Positions 39,838-50,626 are shown, counted from the stretch's first letter. The stretch is DNA of 64,000 bases from Tepidisphaera sp. (GCA_050916045.1 CP051526.1:3104001-3168000); one strand, 5' to 3'. Notes: a model not told the origin generated them from the sequence alone. Program-made: numbers and translations.

Positions 39838-40146
39838 TCAAGCCTTGATCTTCACGAACACGCCCGCCGGAACGACCAGGCGGTTCAGAGCCTCGACCGT
39901 GCGGACGTTCGGATCGAGGATGTCGATGATCCGCTTGTGCGTGCGGATCTCGAACTGCTCACGCGATTTCTTGTCGATGTGAGGCGAACGAAGCACCGTG
40001 TAGCGCTCCACACGCGTCGGCAGCGGCACCGGACCGGCGACTTTGGCGTTGGTCCGCTTGGCGTGCTCCACGATCTCCTTCGCCGACGCATCGAGGGCGA
40101 GGTGGTCGTAAGCTTCCATCCGAATTCGAATCTTGCCGCTGCTCAT
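39838..40146 (-). CDS. rpsJ: 30S ribosomal protein uS10 (NusE)
   Basis: [33 protein letters not shown]. Confidence 0.98.
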   Translation of the reverse strand: MSSGKIRIRMEAYDHLALDASAKEIVEHAKRTNAKVAGPVPLPTRVERYTVLRSPHIDKKSREQFEIRTHKRIIDILDPNVRTVEALNRLVVPAGVFVKIKA

Positions 40147-40209
40147 CAAAACCTCTTTCGACTTTCCCCTCCGCCGGAGCGCGCACACGCCTCCCGGCAG
40201 GGGGAGGGA

Positions 40210-40237
40210 AGAATAGACACCCCCCCGCCTCAGTCAA
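40210..40237 (-). promoter_or_regulatory. Candidate sigma70 promoter of rpsJ
   Basis: TTGACT (40237-40232), 16 nt spacer, TATTCT (40215-40210); short GC hairpin leader before rpsJ. Confidence 0.6.
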
Positions 40238-40446
40238 CCCGCCGAGCTTCCCCGACCTTCCGACTTTCCGGACGAGCCGCCCCCAACCTCGCCCCAGACC
40301 CACGCACCCCCCGCCCAAGTTTGACCGGGAACGCCCCGACCGCCGATCCGTATGGTTGAAAGCCAACGGCTCGCCCCAATCCAAACCCCGACAGGCCACC
40401 GCTTCCGCGAGCCTTACCTTCCAGATTCCGCATAGGAACCAAACCG

Positions 40447-41967
40447 ATGCACGCCCGCTCCCTTCTGCCCATCGCCCTCGCCGCATCGACCCTCCTCGCC
40501 GGGGCCGCCATCGCCCAATCCCAGGGCGCGGTCCCCCTCCCGGCTTCCGCGGCCAAGCCCAAGCCGGCCGCCAAGCCCGACGACAAAAAGGAAACCCAGC
40601 CCGCCACCACCCCCGACGCCAAGGCCCCGGCCACGCCCGCCGCCGCTCCGAAGGGTGTCACGACCGAGTTCGAGCCCGCGCCCCTCTCCCTCGAGGAAGC
40701 GAACATCACCCTCCTCATCCCCAAGGGCGCCAAGTCCGAAGCCCAGCACGGAGCCGGTGCCGCCGAGATCCAGATCATCCCCGAAGACAAGTCCTGGATC
40801 ATGCGCATCTACACCCGCCAGTTCGCCGATCGGAGCATGACCACCAGCGAGCTCATGAAAGCCCAGATCGAGCTCGTCGAAGCGTCCGTCTCTCAAGAAG
40901 GCTCCAAAGCCAGCACCATCGAGCACAACAAAATCGCCATGGTCGCCGGCCGCCCCGCCGAACGCGTCTACCTCCAGGTCCCCAGCAAGGACGGCAAAAG
41001 CGAGATCGTTCGCGGCATCACCGTCTTCAAGTCTCAGCCCGGCTCCTTCGTCTTCTGCGATGTGCTCTGCGACAAGTCCCGGTTCGAATCCGCACGAGTC
41101 GCTTACGAAGACACCCAGACCACCCTTTCCGTCGTCGATCAGGCCGAATCCCAGGAACGCGTCGCGACCCTCGTCAAGTCCGGAACCCAGCTCCTCACGT
41201 CGCTCTCCGAAGCGGACCTGAAGGAGATCGTCTCCCGGCCCGAACGCTGGGAACGCCTCTACGTCCCCGCCAAGGACGGAGACCCCGAGAAAGCACGCGA
41301 GGTCGGCTACCGCCGCATCCAGACCGGCTTCGGCAAACGTTCCCAGTTCGCCCAGTTCGGAAGCGGCTCGGACGACGCTCCCGGCTTCTTTGTCCAGATC
41401 GACTCACGCCTCCGCGTCGGCGAAAACTACGCCGACATGCAGGGCATCTTCTTCATGACCGTCGATCGCAAGGAAGAGCTCTGGACCCTCAGCACCGCTC
41501 TGAAAACTCCCGAGAAGACCCACGTCGCCCGCGAACTCGGCGCCCGCAAAGACGAAGCCATGACCGTCACCACCACCGACGGCAACAGCCTCGCCAACAG
41601 CAAGCCCGTGCACACCACCATCCCGCCCGAGGGCTACATCTCACGCGTCGAGCACTACCTCCTCCCGCAGATCCTCGTCAAACAGAAAGTCCTCTCCGAG
41701 TTCGGCTTCTACAGCTACCAGCACGAGGACAAGCAGATCCGCATGCGCCGCGATGCGCTCACGCAAGCCGACAAAAACGGCAAGGTCTTCGAGCTCACGA
41801 CAAGCCTGCGCTCCATGGGCGGCGAGAAGACGCTCGTCCAGACCACCCGCATCCGCGACACCGGCGAGCTCATCGAAACCCGACTCGCCGACGGCTCCGT
41901 CTGGGAGCCCACCAACATCAAGACGCTCCTTGAACTCTGGCGAGCCAAGGGCCTGCCGGTCAAATAG
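40447..41967 (+). CDS. Hypothetical secreted protein
   Basis: Signal peptide (AAIA-Q), Pro/Ala/Lys linker, strong host codon bias. Confidence 0.8.
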   Translation: MHARSLLPIALAASTLLAGAAIAQSQGAVPLPASAAKPKPAAKPDDKKETQPATTPDAKAPATPAAAPKGVTTEFEPAPLSLEEANITLLIPKGAKSEAQHGAGAAEIQIIPEDKSWIMRIYTRQFADRSMTTSELMKAQIELVEASVSQEGSKASTIEHNKIAMVAGRPAERVYLQVPSKDGKSEIVRGITVFKSQPGSFVFCDVLCDKSRFESARVAYEDTQTTLSVVDQAESQERVATLVKSGTQLLTSLSEADLKEIVSRPERWERLYVPAKDGDPEKAREVGYRRIQTGFGKRSQFAQFGSGSDDAPGFFVQIDSRLRVGENYADMQGIFFMTVDRKEELWTLSTALKTPEKTHVARELGARKDEAMTVTTTDGNSLANSKPVHTTIPPEGYISRVEHYLLPQILVKQKVLSEFGFYSYQHEDKQIRMRRDALTQADKNGKVFELTTSLRSMGGEKTLVQTTRIRDTGELIETRLADGSVWEPTNIKTLLELWRAKGLPVK

Positions 41968-42002
41968 CCCGATGACCGGCCCTTCCCCCCTATGCTCGCG
42001 TC

Positions 42003-43028
42003 ATGGCGACCGAGCGTGTCATCTCCCCCTCCCTTTCCCCGGAAGAGGACCAGCGCAACTGGGCGCTCCGCCCGCAGAAGCTCTCGGAGTACGTCGGGCA
42101 GGATGACTTCCTCGAACGGCTTTCCATCGCCGTCCACGCCGCTTCCAAGCGGCAGGAGCCGGTCGAACACATCCTGCTTCACGGCCCGCCGGGCCTGGGC
42201 AAGACCTCGATGGCCCACGTCATCGCCGCCGAGCTCGGCACCAACATCTTCGTGACCTCCGGCCCCGCCCTCACCAAAGGCACCGACCTCGTCGCCGCGC
42301 TCACGCGCCTGGGCCCCCGCGATGTGCTCTTCATCGACGAGATCCACCGCTTGCCCATCCAGGTCGAGGAGTTCATCTACCCCGCGATGGAAGACTACCG
42401 CGTCGACGTCACCGTCGATTCCGGCCTCGCCGCCCGCACCGTCCAGATCAAGTGCAAGCCCTTCACGCTGATCGGCGCCACAACCCGCGCCGGCCTGCTC
42501 TCGGGCCCCCTCCGCGGCCGATTCGGCATGACGCACCACCTCCGCTACTACGCGGTACCCGAGCTCATCCGCATCCTCAGCCGCGCCTGCTCGCTCCTCG
42601 CGATCCCGCGCGTCGACGAAGCCGCGCTCAACCTCATCGCCGACCGCTCGCGCGGCACGCCCCGCGTCGCCAACCGCCTCCTCCGCCGCGTCCGGGATTT
42701 CGCGACCGTCAGGGCCCGCGGCGAGATCTCCATCCCGATCACCCGCGAAGCCCTCGCGCTCGAAGGCGTCGATGACCTCGGCCTCGACGGCCTCGACCGC
42801 GCCTATCTCACCACCATCGGCAACGTCTACTCCGGCGGCCCCGTCGGCGTCGAAGCCATCGCCGCCACCATGAACGAAGACGCCGCCACGCTCGAGGACG
42901 TCGTCGAGCCCTACCTGCTCCAGATCGGCTTCCTCGCCCGCACCCGCCGCGGCCGCGCCCTCACCGCCCGGGCCATCAAGCATCTAGGCCTCTCCTGCAA
43001 AGTGCCCGAGGACGCCGGCGGCGACTGA
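42003..43028 (+). CDS. ruvB: Holliday junction branch migration helicase RuvB
   Basis: LRP..L.EYVGQ, GPPGLGKT, FIDEIHR, GATTR, RGTPR. Confidence 0.98.
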   Translation: MATERVISPSLSPEEDQRNWALRPQKLSEYVGQDDFLERLSIAVHAASKRQEPVEHILLHGPPGLGKTSMAHVIAAELGTNIFVTSGPALTKGTDLVAALTRLGPRDVLFIDEIHRLPIQVEEFIYPAMEDYRVDVTVDSGLAARTVQIKCKPFTLIGATTRAGLLSGPLRGRFGMTHHLRYYAVPELIRILSRACSLLAIPRVDEAALNLIADRSRGTPRVANRLLRRVRDFATVRARGEISIPITREALALEGVDDLGLDGLDRAYLTTIGNVYSGGPVGVEAIAATMNEDAATLEDVVEPYLLQIGFLARTRRGRALTARAIKHLGLSCKVPEDAGGD

Positions 43029-43038
43029 TCGCAAAAAA

Positions 43039-43068
43039 CAGAGCCCGCAGCGCAAGCAAGGGAGAATC
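43039..43068. repeat. REP-like dispersed element, copy 2
   Basis: cagagcccgcagcgcaagcaagggagaatc; 25/30 identical to 1339-1368. Confidence 0.6.
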
Positions 43069-43166
43069 GGCAAGGGTGACCCGAGCCTAACCCCACCGAT
43101 GCGGCGCAACAGGTGAATCGTGAGCAATCCGCGCAGCGTTCTCGCGAAAACCCATGCCACGCGCGC

Positions 43167-44258
43167 TCAATACGGAGGCAGCGCCCTCCGTACCACGTGA
43201 ACCAGGACGATCGCGAGAAGCACCAAGCTCCGCAGCGGCATGACCAGCCAGCGACCACCACCGAAAACACCCGCTGCCGCTTTCGGATCGCTTTCCGAGG
43301 CTGCGAGCCCCCGAACCCGACCGAGCGAACAGGGCCAATCCGCGATCCCGTTGAGCCAGTCGCCCGGCAAAGCAGCTTCGCCGACCCTGGCACCCACCAG
43401 CCCGCCGACGAGCGCGCCGGTGGTGTCCGTATCCCCGCCCAGCCGAACCACCGCGTCGATCGCGGCACGTGCGTCCAGCGGATGGGCGAGCCACGCATGG
43501 ATCACCGCAGGAGCGGTGTGCATGACAAACCCGCTGATGCCACGACCGAGCCCCAACCGATCGGCAAACGACGCGGTGTTCTCGCCCGTCCCCACCGATT
43601 CGATCGCCCGCAGAATGACGTCCTTGACCTGCCCGGGCGGCAGAGCCGATTCGACCGCATTTCGATAGGCAACGGCGACCTCGGCAGCATCGTTTCGAGA
43701 CGATACTCGCCCGGCGAGCGCGATCGCCATGGCCGCGTGCTCCGCTCGCTCGTCGGTATGGGTCACGCGTGTCGACACACGGACGAACGCCGCGAGTTCA
43801 TCCACCGATTCGCACACCACGCCGAGCGGGAGCGACCGCATCAGCGGCCCGTTCCCGGCGGACCGAACCCCGCTCTTCTCGAAAGAAAAGCCCGCGAGCA
43901 GCTTGATGCACGCTTTCGCCGTCGCCATGCCCGCAGCCGGCGGCACTCCGAGAATCCACCGCTTCAGCCCGCTCGCAAGCGCACGGCCGAACCGAACCGG
44001 GTCGGCGACTCCGGTCTCATCGACCGACGCGAAGTAGGCGTGCGTGGTGATCGCCGCATGCTCGGAGTCATCGCTGACCAAGCCGTACCGACCCCACGGC
44101 AGCACAAGCAACCGATGCCCGAGCGGCCGAGCCGCGTGCATCTTCGTGACGCGTCGCCTTGAAATGTTCTCAAACGGCAGACCGATCGAGTCCCCGATCA
44201 TCATGCCTAGCAAGCATCCGCCAAGCGCGGCTTCACGACCTGCGACGGCCGGACGCAT
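43167..44258 (-). CDS. ADP-ribosylglycohydrolase family protein
   Basis: GD..GLPFE, SDD, SAGNG..MR, TH, GGDTDT motifs. Confidence 0.9.
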   Translation of the reverse strand: MRPAVAGREAALGGCLLGMMIGDSIGLPFENISRRRVTKMHAARPLGHRLLVLPWGRYGLVSDDSEHAAITTHAYFASVDETGVADPVRFGRALASGLKRWILGVPPAAGMATAKACIKLLAGFSFEKSGVRSAGNGPLMRSLPLGVVCESVDELAAFVRVSTRVTHTDERAEHAAMAIALAGRVSSRNDAAEVAVAYRNAVESALPPGQVKDVILRAIESVGTGENTASFADRLGLGRGISGFVMHTAPAVIHAWLAHPLDARAAIDAVVRLGGDTDTTGALVGGLVGARVGEAALPGDWLNGIADWPCSLGRVRGLAASESDPKAAAGVFGGGRWLVMPLRSLVLLAIVLVHVVRRALPPY

Positions 44259-44273
44259 GAGGAACCCCTCGGA

Positions 44274-45032
44274 CTACTTCTTCCCCGCCGGAGCCATCGA
44301 CTCCGCCAGTTCCTTCTCAACGTACAGAATGCAGCCGCAGTTCGTGCACCGCGTCAGCCTGCCCGTCGAAAGCAGCGCGTTCACGCCGTCCATCGTGAGC
44401 GTCCGCTGGCACGACCCGCAGGTGAACTCGTAGTGCTTGCGATCGAGTTCCTCGATCGGCGCCATCGCTTCCTCGCCGCGAACGGCCAGAAGCTTCTCGA
44501 ACGTCGACAGCGCTTCGGCCGCCACACCGGTCTTGGCGGTGTTGCGCTCGGCGGTCAGCTCGGCGAGCCGCCCCTCGATCTCCTTGGCTTTCGCGTCCCG
44601 ATCCGCGAGCGCGACGCCCCGGACCTTCTCGCGTTCGGCCCGCTTGCTCGCGAACTCAGCGACCTGCTTGTTGAGTTCCTCGATCTTGGTCATCGTCTCA
44701 AGAGCCTGCGTCTCGAACTTGTCCTTCTCGAGCTTGATCGTGTTGTGCTCGGTCAGGAGCGCCGTGTAGTCCTTGCTCTTGGTCGTGGACTCCATCTGCG
44801 TCTTGATGGAAGCCATCCGCGTCGAGTGCTTCTGCGCCTCGGCTTCCGCGCTCCTCTGCGCCACCATGAGCTGCTTGACCTGCTGGTCGATCGTTGCTTT
44901 CTGCGAGTCGATCAGACCGAGCTGCTTGTCCTGCTCGGCGAGAAAGCGTTCCGCCGCCGTCAATCGGCCCTTGAGGCCCCGGATCTGTTTCTCGACGTTG
45001 AACAGGGCGAGCAGCTTGGCGGTCACGTTCAT
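44274..45032 (-). CDS. Coiled-coil protein with C4 zinc ribbon (DUF164/CT398-like)
   Basis: Long coiled coil followed by CGSC...CTNCGCILY. Confidence 0.85.
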   Translation of the reverse strand: MNVTAKLLALFNVEKQIRGLKGRLTAAERFLAEQDKQLGLIDSQKATIDQQVKQLMVAQRSAEAEAQKHSTRMASIKTQMESTTKSKDYTALLTEHNTIKLEKDKFETQALETMTKIEELNKQVAEFASKRAEREKVRGVALADRDAKAKEIEGRLAELTAERNTAKTGVAAEALSTFEKLLAVRGEEAMAPIEELDRKHYEFTCGSCQRTLTMDGVNALLSTGRLTRCTNCGCILYVEKELAESMAPAGKK

Positions 45033-45137
45033 GGGCGGGTGGGCTCCAACCGAAGGCCGGGTCTGACTTTCCGAGAGGATAGGCCCCCGATGCACCGCGC
45101 GAAGCCCCACCCCTCGCCGCCTTCCCCTCAAAAGACC

Positions 45138-46034
45138 CTACCGCTCCACGAACCAGCGAAGCCACCACACCGCAAACGGCATCACCAAAAGCGGAGAATC
45201 AAGCACATCCAGCACGCCCCCGAACCCCGGAAGCGAATGCCCCGAGTCCTTCCGACCCGCATCCCGCTTGAAAAGCGACATCATCAGATCGCCAAGCTGT
45301 CCCACCACCGCGCAGCACGCCCCCACCACCGCCGCTTCCCACTCCGACGGCAATGGCTCATCCGGCAACGCCCGCCGAAGCACCAGCACCCCCAACACCG
45401 CCACCATCGCCGCGAACACGATCCCCCCGGCCAGCCCTTCCCACGTCTTCCCCGGGCTCAGCCACGGGATCAGCTTGTGCCTCCCCACCGCTTTGCCCGT
45501 GAAGTACGCCCCAGTGTCGCACGCTTTCGTCACCACCAAAATCCAAAGCAGAACCCAGGCCGAGTGATCCCGCCGAATCGTCAGAATGCACCCGAACATC
45601 AGCCCCAGATACGTGAACGAAAGCAGCGTCCCCCCCGCCGCCGCCACCACCCCCTGCGTGTTCTGCCGCCTCGAGTAATACACCAGCGACGCCAGCATCA
45701 CCACGATCGCCGCGCTCGCCACAATCGAAGCCCCGTGATCCGCCGGAATCGACCTCGGCACCGCCGACGTCGCAATCAAACCCGTCAAAGCCGCCGCACA
45801 CGTCAGACCCGTCTGCGCGTGAATCCCCTTCTCCCGCATGATCCGCCCAAGCTCCCGGGCCGCCATGAACGAGATCGGAAGCATCACCGTGAAAATCACA
45901 AGCCCCGGCGGCACCACCGTCTGACCAAGAATCGGCGAAGGCAACGCCTTGCCCGCCAAGGTCTCGTCGAGCCACAAAAGCCCGACCAGCGTCGCGATCA
46001 GCAGAATCCCAAGCGGCAACCGGTACTTCAGCAC
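45138..46034 (-). CDS. cdsA: Phosphatidate cytidylyltransferase
   Basis: DTGAYF.G...G.HKL...SPGKTWEG, GDL..S..KR....KDSG..LPG.GG.LD. Confidence 0.93.
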   Translation of the reverse strand: MLKYRLPLGILLIATLVGLLWLDETLAGKALPSPILGQTVVPPGLVIFTVMLPISFMAARELGRIMREKGIHAQTGLTCAAALTGLIATSAVPRSIPADHGASIVASAAIVVMLASLVYYSRRQNTQGVVAAAGGTLLSFTYLGLMFGCILTIRRDHSAWVLLWILVVTKACDTGAYFTGKAVGRHKLIPWLSPGKTWEGLAGGIVFAAMVAVLGVLVLRRALPDEPLPSEWEAAVVGACCAVVGQLGDLMMSLFKRDAGRKDSGHSLPGFGGVLDVLDSPLLVMPFAVWWLRWFVER

Positions 46035-46113
46035 GGGGCACAGCATATCGCACCCCCACACCGCACGACGACCCTCCCGCCACGCCACCCACCGCCCGGT
46101 TACCCTCTCCCAC

Positions 46114-46626
46114 GTGGCGATCTACCTCCTCGGACTCCGCGGCAGCGGCAAAACCACCGTCGGCAAGCTCGTCGCCGATGAGCGGGGCGCCCCCTTCGTC
46201 GACCTCGACCACATCACCCCGGAAATCCTCGGCTTCCCCTCCGCCGCCGACGCTCTCCGCATCCGCGGCCTCCAAGCCTTCCGCGACGCTGAACGCCAGG
46301 CGCTCGACGACCCCCGCGTCCTCGCCGCCGGCATCGTCTCCCTCGGCGGCGGCACCCCGACGCACCCGCCCTGCGAAGCCGAACTCCGCCGCCGCGCCGC
46401 TTCCGGCCACACGCTCATCTACCTCCGAGCCTCCATCGACACCCTCCGCGCCCGCCTCGCCGCGACCGACCTCGCCACCCGCCCCTCCCTCACCGGCGCC
46501 GACCCGCTGGCTGAGATCCCCGCCCTCTGGGCCGCGCGCGACCCGCTTTACCGCTCGCTTGCGTCGAAAGTGATCGAAGTCGACGGCCTCACCGACCGCG
46601 AAGTCGCACAGCGGGTGATGGCGTGA
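46114..46626 (+). CDS. aroK: Shikimate kinase
   Basis: G.RGSGKTTVG P-loop, DLD, FR..E, SLGGG, RP, R.PLY. Confidence 0.88.
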   Translation: MAIYLLGLRGSGKTTVGKLVADERGAPFVDLDHITPEILGFPSAADALRIRGLQAFRDAERQALDDPRVLAAGIVSLGGGTPTHPPCEAELRRRAASGHTLIYLRASIDTLRARLAATDLATRPSLTGADPLAEIPALWAARDPLYRSLASKVIEVDGLTDREVAQRVMA

Positions 46627-47492
46627 GCCCGGGCAAAACAGGGAGCCCCTCTGCAGGCCGCACCACGCTCCGCATCATCGGAGCGGCACTGCTAACCCTT
46701 GCACTGATCTGCTTTATTGCCGGCGTCCTCACGGACCACATCTTTCCCGTCATGGTCGGCGTCTTCCTCGCAGTTCCCGGCGGCCTGCTCTTCACCATGA
46801 GTTTCTACGGCAGCCACGAACGTTCGGTCTGGCTTCGCCTTTACGCACTGGACTACCGCGAATGCGCATCCTGCCACGAACCGCTCGAGGGCCTGCCGGA
46901 CGGACCCTGCCCGCGCTGCAAGATTCACTTCGTCGCGGATTCGCTGCGAGCCAAGTACCCGAAACCCCCCAGCGGCGTTGATCCAGACCTGGCCATGGAG
47001 CAAGCCGGTTGGATCCCCGGGAAAGGCCCCGCCCGCAGCAGACGCCTGGAACTGACCTCGCCCTGGGCGTTCGGTGTCTGGCTCGCGGTCACCATCGGCG
47101 GTCTCTCCATGATGCCCCTCTCCCACAGAATCGCCGGACAGCCAACCGCAACTGTTCTGGGCATCGTCTCCCAGCTTGTCTACATCACAGGGCTCGCTTT
47201 CACCGTGGTGGCATGGCGCAACCGCAAAGCAGCTCGCGTGATCGCTCTGGATTTCCGCATCTGCACGCGGTGCGGGTTCGACCTTCGCGGTCTTCCCTCA
47301 CCCGGTCTCTGCCCGGAGTGCAACCGGGCGTTCACGGCTGACGCTTTGCGAATCCGCTGGCTCAGCAAACTCCCCATCGCCGCCAATGTCGACCTTGAAT
47401 CCACAAAGGAACGCTGGCTCCGGGACCATCCGGGCGATCGTGCCGTGTCCGTTCACGCTGCTGCCGATCCGCGCGACGCGACACAAACCTGA
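46623..47492 (+). CDS. Membrane protein with two tandem (2TM + C4 zinc ribbon) modules
   Basis: CASC...CPRC and CTRC...CPEC, each after two TM segments. Confidence 0.7.
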   Translation: MSPGKTGSPSAGRTTLRIIGAALLTLALICFIAGVLTDHIFPVMVGVFLAVPGGLLFTMSFYGSHERSVWLRLYALDYRECASCHEPLEGLPDGPCPRCKIHFVADSLRAKYPKPPSGVDPDLAMEQAGWIPGKGPARSRRLELTSPWAFGVWLAVTIGGLSMMPLSHRIAGQPTATVLGIVSQLVYITGLAFTVVAWRNRKAARVIALDFRICTRCGFDLRGLPSPGLCPECNRAFTADALRIRWLSKLPIAANVDLESTKERWLRDHPGDRAVSVHAAADPRDATQT

Positions 47493-47780
47493 GCTCTCGC
47501 CCCAGCAACACCTTGTTTAGGCGGTCGCTCCTGACCGCTTTCCTGGCCGCCTCCGGTGCCGCCGTTCGCACAATTGGCCCAAACAAAGACCTTTCGTCTT
47601 GACTCCTCCCGGCGGCGTCCCTTTCCTAGGAGCGGCTCGCCGGCCGGACTCTGACGCTCGCGAGGCCTTTCCGGCGCGATTTTGGAGCCCTGAAAGCTCC
47701 CTCGGACCGACGTACTCCCGCCGGCATCCAGCAGATCGATCCCCTCCGCGACCCGCGGCCCTTCAGATAGATACGGACCC

Positions 47781-50579
47781 ATGGCAAAGAAGGCAACGAC
47801 CAAAAAGAAAGCGGCCAAGTCGACCGCCGCCGCACCCTTCGAAGCGACCGCCGCCGGCTCGCCCGAAGCCGCATCCGCCCCCACCCCCGCCAAGGGCGGC
47901 GGTGGACGTCGCCGCTCCGGCAGCGGACGCACCTTCAAGCCCTACACCGTGGGCACCGCTCGCGGCAAGGACCTCGTCATCGTCGAGTCGCCCGCCAAGG
48001 GCAAGACCATCAACAAGTACCTCGGCGACAAGTTCCACGTCATGGCTTCCGTCGGCCACGTCCGCGACCTTCCCAGCCGAAACCCCAAGGGCGTCAAGAA
48101 CCCCGTCCCCGGCGTCGACCTCGAGCACGACTTCAAGCCCACCTACATCGTCACCGAGGACCGCGAGCAGGTCATCAAGGACCTCAAGCGGGCTACGAAG
48201 GACGTCAAGGACTCCGGCGGCGAGGTCTGGTTCGCAACCGACTTGGATCGCGAGGGAGAAGCCATCGCCTGGCACCTCGCGCAGGAACTCGGCATCCCAA
48301 GCAAGCAAGCTCGCCGCGTCCGCTTCCCCGCCATCACCAAAGCCGAGATCGAACGCGCCTTCAAAAACCCGCACGAGATCGACGAAGACCGCGTCAACGC
48401 CCAGCAAGCCCGCCGCATCTTGGACCGCATCGTCGGCTACCAGGTCTCGCCGCTCCTTTGGAAAAAGGTCGCTCGCGGCCTCTCCGCCGGGCGAGTCCAG
48501 TCCGTCGCCGTCCGCGTCGTCGTCGAACGCGAGAAGGAAATCCGAGCGTTCATCCCCGAGGAATTCTGGGCCGTCGAAGCCTGCTTCACACCCGAGATCG
48601 CCAAAGCCTCCGGCTTGGCCAAGTCCTTCGCCGACATGCTCGGCAAGAAGAACGAGAAGGGCGAAGGCCCGATCGTCCGCGAGATCAACGCCTGGCTCGG
48701 TGAGCACGGCGGCATCCGTGCCGAGCTTGTCGAAATCGGCGGCGAGAAGTTCGACGGCCGCGCGAAGAAAACCGGCGAAGAGCTCGCCGCGTGGGCTTTG
48801 GGCGTCGCGACCTCCGCCGGCCTGACCGGCATCAAGACCGAAGTCCGCGAGGATGAGAAGGGCAAGGGGCCGGCGAAGTTCGTGCGCACCATGCGCGGCA
48901 CGGTCGACACCGCGACCCCCTACCGCATCGTCTCGATCGAGACCAAGCGGACGACCACGCGGCCCGCGCCCCCGTTCATCACGAGCACGCTGCAGCAAGC
49001 AGGCAGCTCCCGCCTCGGCTTTGGCCCGCAGCGGACGATGCGCACCGCCCAGACGTTGTACGAAGGCGTGGACATCCCCGGCGAGGGGCCGGTCGGTCTC
49101 ATCACCTACATGCGTACCGACTCGACGCACCTCTCGAAGGATGCGCTCGACATGGCCCGCGGCTACATCGATTCCGCTTTCGGCAAGCGGTACCTGCCCG
49201 AGAAGCCCAACTTCTTCACAAGCAGCAACAAGGACGCGCAGGAAGCCCACGAAGCCATCCGCCCCACCAACGTTGAGCTGACGCCCGCAAAGGTCCGCCG
49301 CGCCCTCAACGACGACCAGTTCCGCCTTTACTCGATGATCTGGGAGCGCTTCGTCGCTTGCCAGATGGTCCCCGCCGAGTGGGACTCCACCGCGATCACC
49401 ATCCAGGGCGGCAAGGACAAAGCAAAGCCGCTCAGCTTCCGCGCCACCGGCCGCGTCCTCGTCTTCGACGGCTTCTACAAAGCCACCGGCGTTCCCAAAG
49501 CCGCCGACGAGCAGACGCTCCCCCCGCTCAAGGAACAGCAGCCCCTCGCCCCCTTCGACATCGACCCCGAGCAGAAGTTCACCCAGCCCCCCGCTCGGTA
49601 CAGCGAAGCCAGCCTCATCAAGATGCTCGAGTCCGAGGGGATCGGCCGCCCCTCCACCTACGCCTCGATCATCTCGACGATCCTCGACCGAAAGTACGTC
49701 GAAGCGATCGACCGCCGCCTGTACGCGTCGGACCTCGGCGAGGTCGTGACCGACAAGCTGATCGAAGCGTTCCCGGACATCATGGACCTGGGCTACACCC
49801 GGGAGATGGAACTCCAACTCGACAAGGTCGAGGAGGACCACCTGGACTGGGTCGACATGCTCCGCAAGTTCTACGGGCCCTTCAAGAAGAGCCTTGCCAG
49901 CGCCGAGACGAGCTTGGTGCACGCGAAAGCCGAGAGCACGCCCGCGCCGTACAAGTGCCCCAAGTGCGGGGCTGGCACGGTCTTCAAGTTTGGCAAGAAC
50001 GGCCGGTTCCTCTCCTGCGCCCGCTACCCCGACTGCGACTACGCCAGCCCCGTCGACCGCGACGGCACGCCGCGTCCCGCGGTCGAAGGGATCGACGTCG
50101 CCTGCCCCAAGTGCGGCAGCGCGATGACCAAGCGCGTCGGTCGCTTCGGCCCCTTCCTCGGCTGTTCCAAGTACGGCGACAAGGAATCGCCCTGCGACGG
50201 AATCCTCAACATCGACAAGAAGGGCAAGGTCGTCGCGCCCAGCCAGCCCCCGGTCACAACCGACCTCCCCTGCACCGCCTGCGGTCGACCGCTCAACCTG
50301 CGAGCCGGCCTCAAGGGCCCTTGGCTCTCCTGCTCGGGGTTCCCCAAGTGCCGCGGCCGCGGCAAGTGGGCCGAACTCTCCGAACCCAAGCAGAAAGAGC
50401 TCGAACTCGCCCTGCTCAACCACGACAAAGCCAACCCGATCCCGGTGATCAAGACGATGTCGGGCAAGCCGCTCACCGATGCGCGCGGCAAGCCGCTCGC
50501 GACCGCGCCGACCGTCGACGTGCTCGCAGGCGACTCGCCCCAAACCTTGGAACAGATCGCCGACGAGATCGGCGTCTAA
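47781..50579 (+). CDS. topA: DNA topoisomerase I (type IA) with C-terminal C4 zinc ribbons
   Basis: VIVESPAK, ATD.DREGE, SAGRVQS, ITYMRTDS, AQEAHEAIRP; three Zn ribbons. Confidence 0.98.
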   Translation: MAKKATTKKKAAKSTAAAPFEATAAGSPEAASAPTPAKGGGGRRRSGSGRTFKPYTVGTARGKDLVIVESPAKGKTINKYLGDKFHVMASVGHVRDLPSRNPKGVKNPVPGVDLEHDFKPTYIVTEDREQVIKDLKRATKDVKDSGGEVWFATDLDREGEAIAWHLAQELGIPSKQARRVRFPAITKAEIERAFKNPHEIDEDRVNAQQARRILDRIVGYQVSPLLWKKVARGLSAGRVQSVAVRVVVEREKEIRAFIPEEFWAVEACFTPEIAKASGLAKSFADMLGKKNEKGEGPIVREINAWLGEHGGIRAELVEIGGEKFDGRAKKTGEELAAWALGVATSAGLTGIKTEVREDEKGKGPAKFVRTMRGTVDTATPYRIVSIETKRTTTRPAPPFITSTLQQAGSSRLGFGPQRTMRTAQTLYEGVDIPGEGPVGLITYMRTDSTHLSKDALDMARGYIDSAFGKRYLPEKPNFFTSSNKDAQEAHEAIRPTNVELTPAKVRRALNDDQFRLYSMIWERFVACQMVPAEWDSTAITIQGGKDKAKPLSFRATGRVLVFDGFYKATGVPKAADEQTLPPLKEQQPLAPFDIDPEQKFTQPPARYSEASLIKMLESEGIGRPSTYASIISTILDRKYVEAIDRRLYASDLGEVVTDKLIEAFPDIMDLGYTREMELQLDKVEEDHLDWVDMLRKFYGPFKKSLASAETSLVHAKAESTPAPYKCPKCGAGTVFKFGKNGRFLSCARYPDCDYASPVDRDGTPRPAVEGIDVACPKCGSAMTKRVGRFGPFLGCSKYGDKESPCDGILNIDKKGKVVAPSQPPVTTDLPCTACGRPLNLRAGLKGPWLSCSGFPKCRGRGKWAELSEPKQKELELALLNHDKANPIPVIKTMSGKPLTDARGKPLATAPTVDVLAGDSPQTLEQIADEIGV

Positions 50580-50626
50580 GCGACGCTCGACCTCGGAGCT
50601 CGGCGATTAACCTCGGGGCTCGGCGA

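Noticed and set aside
43167..44258. ADP-ribosylglycohydrolase as the antitoxin of a toxin-antitoxin or DraT/G system
   Set aside because: No ADP-ribosyltransferase or nitrogenase gene nearby
48585..48915. Insertion in topA as a possible intein
   Set aside because: No intein terminal motifs (C/S...HN-C/S/T) or LAGLIDADG; more likely a lineage-specific loop domain
47763..50543. 926 aa ORF antisense to topA (likewise 54044-56590, 7386-9230, 11023-12996, 26883-28562 and others)
   Set aside because: Long shadow ORFs are expected from high GC3 codon bias; they contain no protein motifs
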